Assembly: GCA_037380925.1 (NCBI GenBank) | Contig: JARRRH010000001.1 | Location: 1-51,735, forward strand | DNA: 51,735 nt | Source of the DNA: Deltaproteobacteria bacterium | GTDB taxonomy: Bacteria > Desulfobacterota > DSM-4660 > Desulfatiglandales > HGW-15 | Direction: 5' to 3' | In this document: piece by piece, positions 18,901-26,590 of the stretch | Numbering within the stretch: the first letter of the stretch is position 1 | Layout: every line of letters starts with the position of its first letter | Program-made: the position numbers and the translations under genes | Notes under the pieces: generated by a model | The model's database searches: none | Told to the model about the DNA's origin: nothing | The model's input: only the letters and a program-made list of their open reading frames with translations

Positions 18901-21900
18901 AAGGATAAGACCCTGCGGACCAATTTGAATGGCGGTGTCTTGAATGCACAGACCAGCCCGGGCGACATCAGGGTGGAGGAGATTTCCGGTGAATTGAAGG
19001 TCGGGCATGTTGACGCCTTCGGGGACGTGGAACTGACAGCCCAGTATGATATTGTCGCAGAAGATTCGTCCAGCCTCGTGCGCGGGGGTAAGGTCACGCT
19101 GACCTCGAAATATGGGGATATCGGGACACTGGGAACGGATGGGACGGCTTCCGAACCCGCCTCCGATGCCCTGCCGCTGAGAGTCGATACCGGTGAGACG
19201 GGCCGGGACGTCCTTTTGGCGAAGGCAAGTGGAGAGGTGTATCTGAGTGAGGTGGACGGCGCCCTTCGCCTGGAAGGCGTCGAGACTTACGGTGATGTCC
19301 GCATCGAGGTCCTGAATGGGGACCTGGAGGATGGAAATCTGAACGAGGCTCGCGATACGCGGACCATACAGCAGTTGGAACAGATGTGGGACCGGATGTG
19401 GGCCACGGAGGCCACGGCGGACAACAGCATCAACGCAACGATCAGTGCCTACGAGAACGTCAAGACGCGCGACTACCACGCCTACTGGAGGTACCGTAAC
19501 CGGCAGACAGACGACTCCGTGAGCGGCTTGACCAACGGGGTCACCTATTATGTCGTGGTCGACAGCGACGATGCGAGCAGAATCAAATTGGCGGCAACGT
19601 CTGCAGATGCAACGGCCGCTGAGCCTGTTGTCCTGGATCTTACCGCCTCCACCGAAACAGGCGCCGAACATCGGCTCTACGCGTTAGGTACCTGGTCTCC
19701 CATTTTGTTTGCTTCCTCTGAATATTCTTCCGGTGGGGCTGTAGACAGTGATGCTGATACGATCTTTTTGGGGCCGCACAGTCTGACTACGGGCGACGCC
19801 GTGACCTACTACCGGGTGGTCCCCTACGATTCCACCTTCCAGGTGACGCTGTCGGATGCGGAAAGGGATTACTATACGGAATACTATTCGAACCAGGGTC
19901 TGGATCCTGAGACTGCCATCGCCACCTTGGAAAACAAGCGCACCACCGAATACCACACCCTTCACAGAACCTACGGGGATGTAGGCAACAGCAGTATGAT
20001 TTCCGATCTCAACGATCATGACGCGGACATCTACGATTCGACGTGGTCGTATGACGACGAAGACCCGAATCTCCACCGGACCTTCGGCGGCTCTGAAATA
20101 GCCGACTCGACCATCGACCTAAGTGTTCATGTCTTTACCAACGGCCAGGCCGTGATGTACCGGAGCGGCGGCGGTTCCATCACCGGACTGGAGGATGGGA
20201 AAATCTACTACGTCGTATTGGATGATGCCGATCCGGGCAAGATCGGGCTGGCAGCCACCCAGGCGGATGCAACGGCTCCCACACCGAAGACCATCACCTT
20301 CACCCACGAAAATGGCGACAGCCACTATTTCTCCGATGGCGAGGTGCTGAAGCAGCGGGCGGCCTGGAGCGAGAATCAACTTAAGAATTCGGTGAGCGCG
20401 ACCATCACGAGACCCAAGACTGTTTCCGGAACGACGATTACAAAGGAGGCGCCCAACATCAAGGGGAGCAATATCGCCCTGAAGGTCTCCGGTAATGTCG
20501 GTGTGGCCACAGGACAGTTCGAGATCACCCTGCCCTTGAGTTCCCTGAGCCCGGAGCAGAAGACAGCCCTGGCCGCTGCGGAGCGGGACGACGTGACCTT
20601 CTATGCGGATGAGGCCGGCACGATCAGGATCTCACCGGACGGGCTGTATGTGGCGGGCGTGGATGCCGGCGACAACAAGATTCTGTTTGATAGGAGCCAC
20701 GGTTTCTACAATGGTCAGGCCGTTATCTACACGAACGGAGGGAATCCAAGCATCGGGATCGAAGGAGGCGGGTCCCTGGTGGATGGGCAGACCTACTATG
20801 TCATCTCATCCGGCCTGGCCTCCAACGAAATCAGACTGGCAACGACCCAAGGAGGACCGGCCATTGACCTGGCCAGCGGTTTAACTGGTGACACCCAGAT
20901 CATATTTCCCAAAGTGGCCAAGTTGCGCATCGAGCTTGTGGAAGATGTGGATGTGGAAACCGACGGTGTGGTCACTGCAAGCGGCGGCAGCGATGTGAAT
21001 CTGGGTTCCGAGGGGATCATCCGGATCGACCAGGTGCTCGCCGGCGAGCCCGGAGAGATGGATGGGAAAGTCCGCCTCAAGGTGCAGGAGGCCCTGACCA
21101 ACGACAGAACGGATGACCTGGATCCGGTGAACATCAGAAGCGGGGATCTGATCTTGGAGGCGGAGGAGGAGAGTATCGGTTCCGCATCGGCAGCGCTCTT
21201 GCTTGACTTGGCCTCCGGAGCCTCCCTGATTGCCCGGGCCAATCATGATATCTACCTCCGTGGATACCAGTGCGATCTGAGCATCCAGGAAGTGTTCGCC
21301 AATGACTTCGTGGATCTTCGGGCCGACGGCTCTATCCTGGATGCCTTGGATGACGACAGCACCACGGCCGCCTGGAACATCAACGCCCACTCCGTGTATC
21401 TTGAGGCCGGGACCGGGGCGGATACAGAAGGTTCGATAGGCTCCGCCACCAACTATCTCGAGGTCGATCTGCACGGCTCGGCGCTCCCCGCATTTGCGGA
21501 CCAGGACATCTACCTCCATGACATTGCCGGCGATATGTATGTGGATGAGGTGATATCCTTCTATGGCAGTGTCGGGCTGAAGGCAGCGGCATCCATTCTG
21601 GATATTGACGAGGGTATTCCCGGCAATCCACTGGTCGATGTGTACGGGAATAACATCACCCTCGTGGCCGAATACGGAACCATCGGGGCCTCGGGCGACG
21701 ACCTGGATATCGACTCCTCTTTTTACGACCCGGGGACGCTGACCTCGTCCAGTGAATTCAATACCTATCTTATTGAACCGCTTGGAGATCTCAGCCTCTA
21801 CACGGTCCAGACCAACGCGGGCACGGCCTTCATTGCCGCTCCGGCGGGCCGGATCCTGAACGGCAATCCTGGCGGTCACAATGTCATCTCCGGCAAGACC

Positions 21901-24900
21901 TACCTGTTTGCGGCCCAGGATATCGGCGAAGTGGGGAATCCTATCACCACCGAGGTCGGCAATATCGAAGGCAAGTCCACGGCGGGCAGCACCTGGGTAA
22001 CGAACACCGGTCCGTTGACCGTGGGCGGGGTGGTGGACAGCTCTGACCCGGGGATGCTGGGTGGAGGGTCTGCCATCATCACGGCGACAAGTCCCATTAC
22101 TGTGGAAGAGGATTTGGTGTTCCCCAATGAAATCATCCTGACGGCAGGAGACTCCCCGGATGCCGGTGACGACCTGGTCGTGGTCAGCGGCAAGAGAGTC
22201 CAGTCAGAGTATGTGGAGTTGCGAGCAGGGGACAACTTGATCATTGAAGAAGACGCCGTGATCGAGGCGACAGCCCTGAAGCTCTTCGGAGATTACGGCA
22301 ATGCCGACCCGGAGGTCGGGTCCACCATAGACCCGCGGGGAGAGATCATTGCCACGTCGGTTGAGATCCTCGGTGAAGCCGACGGCGATGTGTTTGCTCT
22401 CGGGAATCTTTCGGCACCTGCGAGCGTTACAGGCGGGGGAGGGACAGACGAGCTGATCGGACCCGACGAGCCCGGTGGGCCGGACGGGCTCATCAATAGC
22501 TGGGAGATCCTGGGTCCCAACAGCGGCAATCTAAATGAGATGTTTATCATTTTTTCCGAGGTGGAGAGCCTTACCGGCGGCTCCGGGGATGACACTTTCT
22601 ATTTCCGCGGTCCCGGCAGCGTGGACGGCGTCGTGGACGGCGGTGCCGGGTTCGACATCCTGGACTTCCTCCAGTCCGATTATATCCAGCAGGCGGCTCA
22701 GGATTTCATAGACGTGGACCTGCCCATCGGAGACCCTCCTCCCGTGCCCTTTGCGGCAACCGGGGGGATTGTCCGGATCGAGGACATCAAGGTCATTCTC
22801 TTGGCGGAACTCCAGGAGGACGGCACGCTGGTTCTGAACATGGGGCCGCGGGCGGCGGAAAGGCTGACGATCAATACTGAAGACGGCGACGAGGTGTTTA
22901 CCCTGGGTCACGTGAAGGGGGATCCGGCCGATGCGGAGGGGGAGACCATAGCCGTGTCGGCCTTCGGCTTCACCCTGGAATATGACGGGGTTTCCTCAAT
23001 TCGCGGCTCGGGAGGCGAGGGGAACGACACCATCTTCCTCAGCAGTGACATCATGGCTCCGGCCGAACTGGACGGAGGTCCGGGGAGCGACACCTTGACG
23101 GGCGGTGCGGGCAACGACATTTTGCTCGGCGATGCGGGAATCATTACCCGCTCTTACAATGATGACGAGACCCTACGCAAAGATGTGCTTCTGACCGACG
23201 TGGGGATGATCACAGGTGCGTATACGCCAAGCGATTTAGGCTGGAAGGATGTGAGCTCAGCTGTTGTTTCGGATCTATTGGAAGCAGATCTCGTTCTGCT
23301 GACTGGTGCTTATAACGGTGACGGAAGCAAACATTTTGTTGAGAATTCGTGGGGTTGCCTAGAGTGGGAGACCCAGTTGCTTCTCGTCTTGCTCCTTGAG
23401 GACGGAGATGACATCCTTGACGGGGGTGCCGGGGATGACGCCCTGTTCGGCGGCCGCGGGAATGATTCAATTGGGGGCGGCGATGGGCGCGACTACCTGG
23501 TGGGCAACGCCGGGAATGACGACCTGGACGGCGGGGATGAAAACGACATTCTGGTGGGCGATGACGTCACGCGAATCGTACCTGACAGTCCGCTTCCCAA
23601 TGTGTTGCGCGGCCTCCATATGACGGGCGGGAACGGCCACGGTGGAGGAATCGTCCTGGGCGACTCGGGAACAACCATTGTGCCCATCGTCTCGGTTCTT
23701 CCCAATAAGGACCTAGACCCGCTTGTCGGCGTGACGACTCACGTCAGCAGCGACCTTCCCATCCTGCCGGATGACAATGTGCTTGACCGTGCTGATGGCA
23801 CGTACCTGGTGCCCTTGGCCTCGATCGTCACGGACGTGGGGCACCACCTTGATCTCCTTCCCGGCAATGATAGGCTCTTCGGAGGCGAAGGCGATGACAA
23901 GCTTGTAGGCGACAACGCGGTCGTTTTTTCTCCGGGCGTAACGATCAACCAGGCATTTCTTGAATCAGCCTTCGGTATGACATGGGATCTCCTCGCGGCC
24001 CTCGATGATTTCGGAGACTTGATCCATCGACTGCACGACGCCGTAGGAGATGGGGATAACTGCCACCCGTGCTACAGCTACGAGGATGTGGTTGTGGATC
24101 AGACATTCTGTCTGGGGAATGACTTCCTAGACGGCGGTGGCGGCAACGATTTTATGGTAGGCGACGAATTGACGTTGAAGGCCCCCTCGATTGGCGTGCC
24201 GACGGATCTGGTCCACGATTTCCACCACCTGATCAACGACCTTGAGGACGTTGGGGATGAGGCCGACTGGGCACTCCATGAGCTCGATGATGTGGCCCAT
24301 GACCTGCGGGATGACGTGATTCCCGTAAAGCACGGTAAAAAACGGATTAAGGGCCACCTCGTGCACCACATCGACCGCATCTTCGTCGGGAATGACTCGC
24401 TGGTGGGCGGTGACGGAGATGACCTCATGGTGGGTGACAACTGGAGCTACCTCGCACCTGAGATAACAGTCACATCAGGTGGATGGCCGGGCTACCATGG
24501 GTTCTGGCACCATGATCATGGTTGGGGATATGACCGCGGCAACCACTATGGGTGGTACAACGGAGGTCACAACAAGGATGGTCATGACGGACCGGGAGAC
24601 GTGTGGATCGTCGGTAAAGATACGATGGACGGCGGTGGAGGCAATGACGTGATGTTCGGTGACAGTATCGCGCTGACAGAGCCGACCATGGCCTCGACCG
24701 CAGATCTGTGCTGGTGGAAATTCGGAGCTGTTCATCACAAGGTCGAGGACATTCTTGATGACATTGTCAAGATGGGCCAGTATGGCGATGTCAGCGAGAG
24801 CTGCAACGCGGTGAACGGTGGCAATGATTACATTGTCGGCGGTGACGGGGATGACATGCTTTTCGGTCAGGGCGGTAATGACAAGCTCTACGGTGACGCC

Positions 24901-25179
24901 GGTAAGGACTTGCTGGTCGGCGGCTACGGTAAGGATAAGCTGGTCGGTGGTCCGGGCAAGGATAAGCTCATCCAGGGGGTTAGCCGTTACGAGGATTCCA
25001 AAGGGCATAAGCACAAAGGGTGCTATGAGACAAAATGTGCTCCCTGTGCCGCTTGGGTAAGGCATTTTGTGGGGCATCTTGGGAGTGATGGCAGCCACGA
25101 CCCTAACAGCGACATACAGGTGGTCCTTCCCGGCAGGGATCACGGCAAAGCCGACAAGGCCAAGGGAAGCAAGAAATAG
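12913..25179 (+). CDS. Giant beta-helix repeat / RTX protein, C-terminal part (frame open from 12871; probably the same gene as 3714..12875)
   Basis: 4,088-aa ORF that continues the repeat architecture of the upstream ORF. It contains dispersed TG.AV.Y...GL.DG.TYYV...I.LA.T modules and C-terminal RTX nonapeptide blocks (GGAGNDILLGDAG, GGAGDDALFGGRGNDSIGGGDGRDYLVGNAGNDDLDGGDENDILVGDD, GGDGDDMLFGQGGNDKLYGDAGKDLLVGGYGKDKLVGGPGKDKL). Confidence 0.85.
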   Translation: MEDLYGLAIAGQISAGLSLGAQVIVINDNSTQTAFIGLPVVDEANSATIDRAGGTVTVEAKADRTIEAEPYGGGISLGGSIGASVAIVNVGGHTKAYIDDAHIGQGSEWVGAVSVIAESVADVEAYCLAVSGGIFFGISGSIAIADYSPTIEASIIDDADITVANDVTIESHSRADVETDALGVNVGGLAALGASVAISTNEPTINTFIANAAVIATTGSIALRSIHNYDKTGTSRLDQGADANATTGSGSLLLGAAGAYAEAETSAIVDTHIGIGATLFAGGDVSLVSLVNNDAEGKTTGIGGGLVGIGVSLAYATASGSTLTYVDDADVTAGHDLEVTTSTYQDAWAKSLAVAGGILSGAGNVSEATIKPFVSAQIRSGATVNAANEVIVTASTEVTGETDTEGVSAGLLAVGVSEAESTVSSLVTAYVGGANTIIKAGSLSVTAAQSYPTGDYSAKSSATGSSGALVAVNATESTAKTTGVVTSFVADNTVLSISDSIEISAVGDSNQRAEADSNNYGLVAAGGNEADAVSNVQTNAHLGNGVTIGAGDSIGGLTDGGLYYVVVDKDNPNKVKLATSFQNALNKDAENYPDPITVDLGHPAIVRPGHSLRPYSRSSAEGIEFDPLTALDADNDTIDLGPGHDLYTGQTVIYTKGAGPAVTISASGDDYNFARSEAGSGGLVAGSAAEANVTALSTTRAYTADDTDPNDSIQTRLEVSSLTIRADHTAHFDSRTNTLQASAVGFSGSWATNIVGSTVEAEIGRNADITTKDLFVDAINTSRKNLVGPDEYNVEAGSGGVLQGNASESETDIANITHATVGADATITVIGNPFLPGEFRVSAFNDVEGYDDVRLDSGGLIVGSGATSAIRADTNDAIVTIEDGVTITSVGDVDLETRTRGILRVEPQVHTYGLASAAVVDGLARMWSKNEVNVGNSVLIDALGTINLLAGRNSDGTLSYYDIFSHGDELNASVIPISDLGSHGEIKRDHIITVGTMPDSGTELRSARDVNLLAELYHNAEITAYGSGKNWMTALAGGIDSMFGSDGISEEMIGGTATNEKNASVTVNGTIEVGTLKNQELVVDSAVDEQNQNLFIYASTQTGGITFTQSTESLASQLKDEYEYWQDLLYEYSDGDPDHWTPEETAYSLEIQRVEQEMKDLGLWNDHGTADTRDDEPITSYAVPYVTVNNIWAQAGTINVMGQDLLGSGSLNAPGNVTVSITNNSPAYLRVNKITIPDHVGGRVNFNGVDVESNEDIAELNEHKATFDSSVVDESNDWINIETGGFATGDAVIYRNAGDGDAIGGLVDGTTYYVIVLGPDRMQLAETKTDAEAGTPVNITLSGEPSSHRLTAIPVFSTFETATGTSEAPEITITNTFDADAPHPYGEDVRTSEVEIVGDINNILGLVEITSVGSIMVQASINAGDLHIDSEKGNFVMSYTDSMFHVGGNPGGLEGYGWDNVARSYENYTEGNTTITTYHYSGNAASNTSINNALYNSPPGENIITGMNVFISAKYLNINGTIQSGMPERQVTIARSEENAINGAEEAANWWRFGYKGYAELWVNMYGLSTQDYRYFKLPADADDNIDVYYDAELDRLELEPVQVEGGNMQLYGQILSTGYGKLRVLDGYGQIKIENRTKYDLVTKTLDTGHGVQGRLKIIDTAFTDLATGMPRVREYWRENGQVQMKEYFLTPPDEDPVILFEGQDGGDRTTTYSPLDGWRYYWNTGRNFTEQTITTYGSSSWLDIDALAADPKNIVDGPHRTSMEPRALREGEYFAYEPSVTDDYTYDFTRYLGMLVESINVNSDTITFTTAHNIKENAQAVVYRKDTGGDIGGLKSNTTYFVILVPNSPNTIKLAKTKSEALGGTAINLTGSLTGTHRFGITRRELIRQWETSTWYGTTTYYKKVGEYTPQKDVHSHSIRADRDIDIEFIGWDAGDPNVQASVATNNSNLLVDGAVRNAVGSTTLTAGKEIKLINDEAVIGGRDITLNGGTGIGKDKTLRTNLNGGVLNAQTSPGDIRVEEISGELKVGHVDAFGDVELTAQYDIVAEDSSSLVRGGKVTLTSKYGDIGTLGTDGTASEPASDALPLRVDTGETGRDVLLAKASGEVYLSEVDGALRLEGVETYGDVRIEVLNGDLEDGNLNEARDTRTIQQLEQMWDRMWATEATADNSINATISAYENVKTRDYHAYWRYRNRQTDDSVSGLTNGVTYYVVVDSDDASRIKLAATSADATAAEPVVLDLTASTETGAEHRLYALGTWSPILFASSEYSSGGAVDSDADTIFLGPHSLTTGDAVTYYRVVPYDSTFQVTLSDAERDYYTEYYSNQGLDPETAIATLENKRTTEYHTLHRTYGDVGNSSMISDLNDHDADIYDSTWSYDDEDPNLHRTFGGSEIADSTIDLSVHVFTNGQAVMYRSGGGSITGLEDGKIYYVVLDDADPGKIGLAATQADATAPTPKTITFTHENGDSHYFSDGEVLKQRAAWSENQLKNSVSATITRPKTVSGTTITKEAPNIKGSNIALKVSGNVGVATGQFEITLPLSSLSPEQKTALAAAERDDVTFYADEAGTIRISPDGLYVAGVDAGDNKILFDRSHGFYNGQAVIYTNGGNPSIGIEGGGSLVDGQTYYVISSGLASNEIRLATTQGGPAIDLASGLTGDTQIIFPKVAKLRIELVEDVDVETDGVVTASGGSDVNLGSEGIIRIDQVLAGEPGEMDGKVRLKVQEALTNDRTDDLDPVNIRSGDLILEAEEESIGSASAALLLDLASGASLIARANHDIYLRGYQCDLSIQEVFANDFVDLRADGSILDALDDDSTTAAWNINAHSVYLEAGTGADTEGSIGSATNYLEVDLHGSALPAFADQDIYLHDIAGDMYVDEVISFYGSVGLKAAASILDIDEGIPGNPLVDVYGNNITLVAEYGTIGASGDDLDIDSSFYDPGTLTSSSEFNTYLIEPLGDLSLYTVQTNAGTAFIAAPAGRILNGNPGGHNVISGKTYLFAAQDIGEVGNPITTEVGNIEGKSTAGSTWVTNTGPLTVGGVVDSSDPGMLGGGSAIITATSPITVEEDLVFPNEIILTAGDSPDAGDDLVVVSGKRVQSEYVELRAGDNLIIEEDAVIEATALKLFGDYGNADPEVGSTIDPRGEIIATSVEILGEADGDVFALGNLSAPASVTGGGGTDELIGPDEPGGPDGLINSWEILGPNSGNLNEMFIIFSEVESLTGGSGDDTFYFRGPGSVDGVVDGGAGFDILDFLQSDYIQQAAQDFIDVDLPIGDPPPVPFAATGGIVRIEDIKVILLAELQEDGTLVLNMGPRAAERLTINTEDGDEVFTLGHVKGDPADAEGETIAVSAFGFTLEYDGVSSIRGSGGEGNDTIFLSSDIMAPAELDGGPGSDTLTGGAGNDILLGDAGIITRSYNDDETLRKDVLLTDVGMITGAYTPSDLGWKDVSSAVVSDLLEADLVLLTGAYNGDGSKHFVENSWGCLEWETQLLLVLLLEDGDDILDGGAGDDALFGGRGNDSIGGGDGRDYLVGNAGNDDLDGGDENDILVGDDVTRIVPDSPLPNVLRGLHMTGGNGHGGGIVLGDSGTTIVPIVSVLPNKDLDPLVGVTTHVSSDLPILPDDNVLDRADGTYLVPLASIVTDVGHHLDLLPGNDRLFGGEGDDKLVGDNAVVFSPGVTINQAFLESAFGMTWDLLAALDDFGDLIHRLHDAVGDGDNCHPCYSYEDVVVDQTFCLGNDFLDGGGGNDFMVGDELTLKAPSIGVPTDLVHDFHHLINDLEDVGDEADWALHELDDVAHDLRDDVIPVKHGKKRIKGHLVHHIDRIFVGNDSLVGGDGDDLMVGDNWSYLAPEITVTSGGWPGYHGFWHHDHGWGYDRGNHYGWYNGGHNKDGHDGPGDVWIVGKDTMDGGGGNDVMFGDSIALTEPTMASTADLCWWKFGAVHHKVEDILDDIVKMGQYGDVSESCNAVNGGNDYIVGGDGDDMLFGQGGNDKLYGDAGKDLLVGGYGKDKLVGGPGKDKLIQGVSRYEDSKGHKHKGCYETKCAPCAAWVRHFVGHLGSDGSHDPNSDIQVVLPGRDHGKADKAKGSKK
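23005..24977 (+). repeat. RTX (GGxGxDxUx) calcium-binding repeat blocks separated by non-RTX spacers
   Basis: At least seven blocks of glycine/aspartate nonapeptides are visible in translation between these coordinates. Confidence 0.8.
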
Positions 25180-25221
25180 GGGAATTTAAAAGGCATCTTG
25201 CAGCCACGGAATGGAAAAGAG

Positions 25222-25265
25222 GGCCGAACCACACAAGGACAAACTTCTGGTGGTTCGGCCTTTTT
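25222..25265 (+). terminator. Intrinsic terminator after the giant gene
   Basis: An 11-bp perfect GC-rich stem, GGCCGAACCAC (25222-25232) / GTGGTTCGGCC (25250-25260), is followed directly by TTTTT (25261-25265), 43 nt after the stop codon. Confidence 0.8.
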
Positions 25266-25343
25266 AACGGTACAATAGATAAGGGCTTGAAACACAATAA
25301 GGCTGACTAATACAAACGCACTAAACAGAATAATGTCACTCTG

Positions 25344-26525
25344 GTGGAAAAGGAAGAGCATAGCAGTAAAGAGAATGGAAGAGGTTCAAATCCCGCAACG
25401 GAGAATACCCAGGTAAAGATCCGGTGGGATAGATCCGATACCCGGAGTGCCTACGCTGATCGTTTCAATGTGATGGTCACCCGGGAGGAGATTATTCTGT
25501 GTTTTGGTTTGAACCAGGCCCTTGATGTCGGCCAGAAGGAGATGACGGTTCAACTTTCGAACGGAATCGTCCTGAGTCCCTTTGCAGCCAAACGGTTAGC
25601 CAATGCACTGAACCGTGTCCTCCAGGACTATGAGTCCAAATATGGTCCTCTGAAGGTGAAGGCTGCGCCGTCAACGGATTGGGCTCAGATTGCGCCACTC
25701 AGCGAGAAGCCCCCCTTTTCTGAGAAAGCAGGCCTGCTTTTTCATCTCGTAAAAAACCTCAACACAGAATACGGTTTTGAGCGTTCTTTCAAGATTTCCG
25801 AAAAAACATTGCTTGGAAATCGATTCCTGTTCACCATGAGTAAGCACGCCATAAGACAAAATCCCGATGAAGCCATATTGAATATCTGCAGAAAAATGGA
25901 TATGCCGAAAAAATTGCTGGAAGTCTTCCATGGAAACTTGCCATCTGCAAATTATGTCCATTTCGGGTTTGAGGAGGACGAAAAAAGTTACATTTACAAA
26001 GCCTATTTGGAGTTCTGGACCGACTGGGAAAATGAAATTGGGAAAAAGTCAAATCCGTCCGACCCGTTCTTGGTGCATTTGGGATTCAAGTGGGACGTAT
26101 CCGAGCCTACCCGATGCGTACTGACAAGATACACTTGCTATCCTTTCCTTTCTGTGGAAAATATCCTGGAGAGGTTGTCAAAGGTCTTTTACGGTGACCG
26201 CTACAGAACCCCTTTTGAGATCGCAAAAGGCATTGTCACTCTTGCTTCAAATAGAATATCCCACGAAAAGATCTTATATATCGAGGCAGAAGAAGAGAAC
26301 AATCCGAGAAGATCATTCGACATGAATATGTACAGGGCCAAAGTTCGTTTAGAAGAACTTTACCCTCTTTTGATGGACATGTGCCAGCACTATTCAATTC
26401 CCACAGCGGAATTTGATATCTTATATGACCAATTCAAAGCCAAATTATTTGGCCACTTGTCCGGTGGTATTGACAGGGAGGGAAAGGATTTCTTAACCGT
26501 GTACTACGGGGTGGAAGGGCATTAA
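25344..26525 (+). CDS. DUF3467-like N-terminal module fused to an uncharacterised ~270-aa domain
   Basis: GTG start. Residues ~23-105 (QVKIRWDRSDTRSAYADRFNVMVTREEIILCFGLNQ...VQLSNGIVLSPFAAKRLANALNRVLQDYESKYGPL) fit the DUF3467 pattern as I recall it (YSN..i.hs..EFvlDF...RIvLtP.hAKRLl.aL..ni.kYE..fG). I do not recognise the remainder. Confidence 0.75.
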   Translation: MEKEEHSSKENGRGSNPATENTQVKIRWDRSDTRSAYADRFNVMVTREEIILCFGLNQALDVGQKEMTVQLSNGIVLSPFAAKRLANALNRVLQDYESKYGPLKVKAAPSTDWAQIAPLSEKPPFSEKAGLLFHLVKNLNTEYGFERSFKISEKTLLGNRFLFTMSKHAIRQNPDEAILNICRKMDMPKKLLEVFHGNLPSANYVHFGFEEDEKSYIYKAYLEFWTDWENEIGKKSNPSDPFLVHLGFKWDVSEPTRCVLTRYTCYPFLSVENILERLSKVFYGDRYRTPFEIAKGIVTLASNRISHEKILYIEAEEENNPRRSFDMNMYRAKVRLEELYPLLMDMCQHYSIPTAEFDILYDQFKAKLFGHLSGGIDREGKDFLTVYYGVEGH

Positions 26526-26590
26526 CTCAGGAAGCCTTGGAAGGTGCCGAGGCGACTGTTATCGTAGAATGTTAATTGTGAAAGAAGAGC

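Noticed and set aside
10653-21879. Long minus-strand ORFs inside the giant gene (10653..12521 at 622 aa, 12775..13947, 17008..17967, 18802..19671, 20881..21879) and many shorter ones
   Set aside because: All lie antisense or out of frame within a strongly periodic plus-strand coding region. Their translations are Arg/Gly/His/Pro-rich with no motifs. Stop-codon depletion on the opposite strand is expected from the GNN/GC3-rich codon usage of the repeats.
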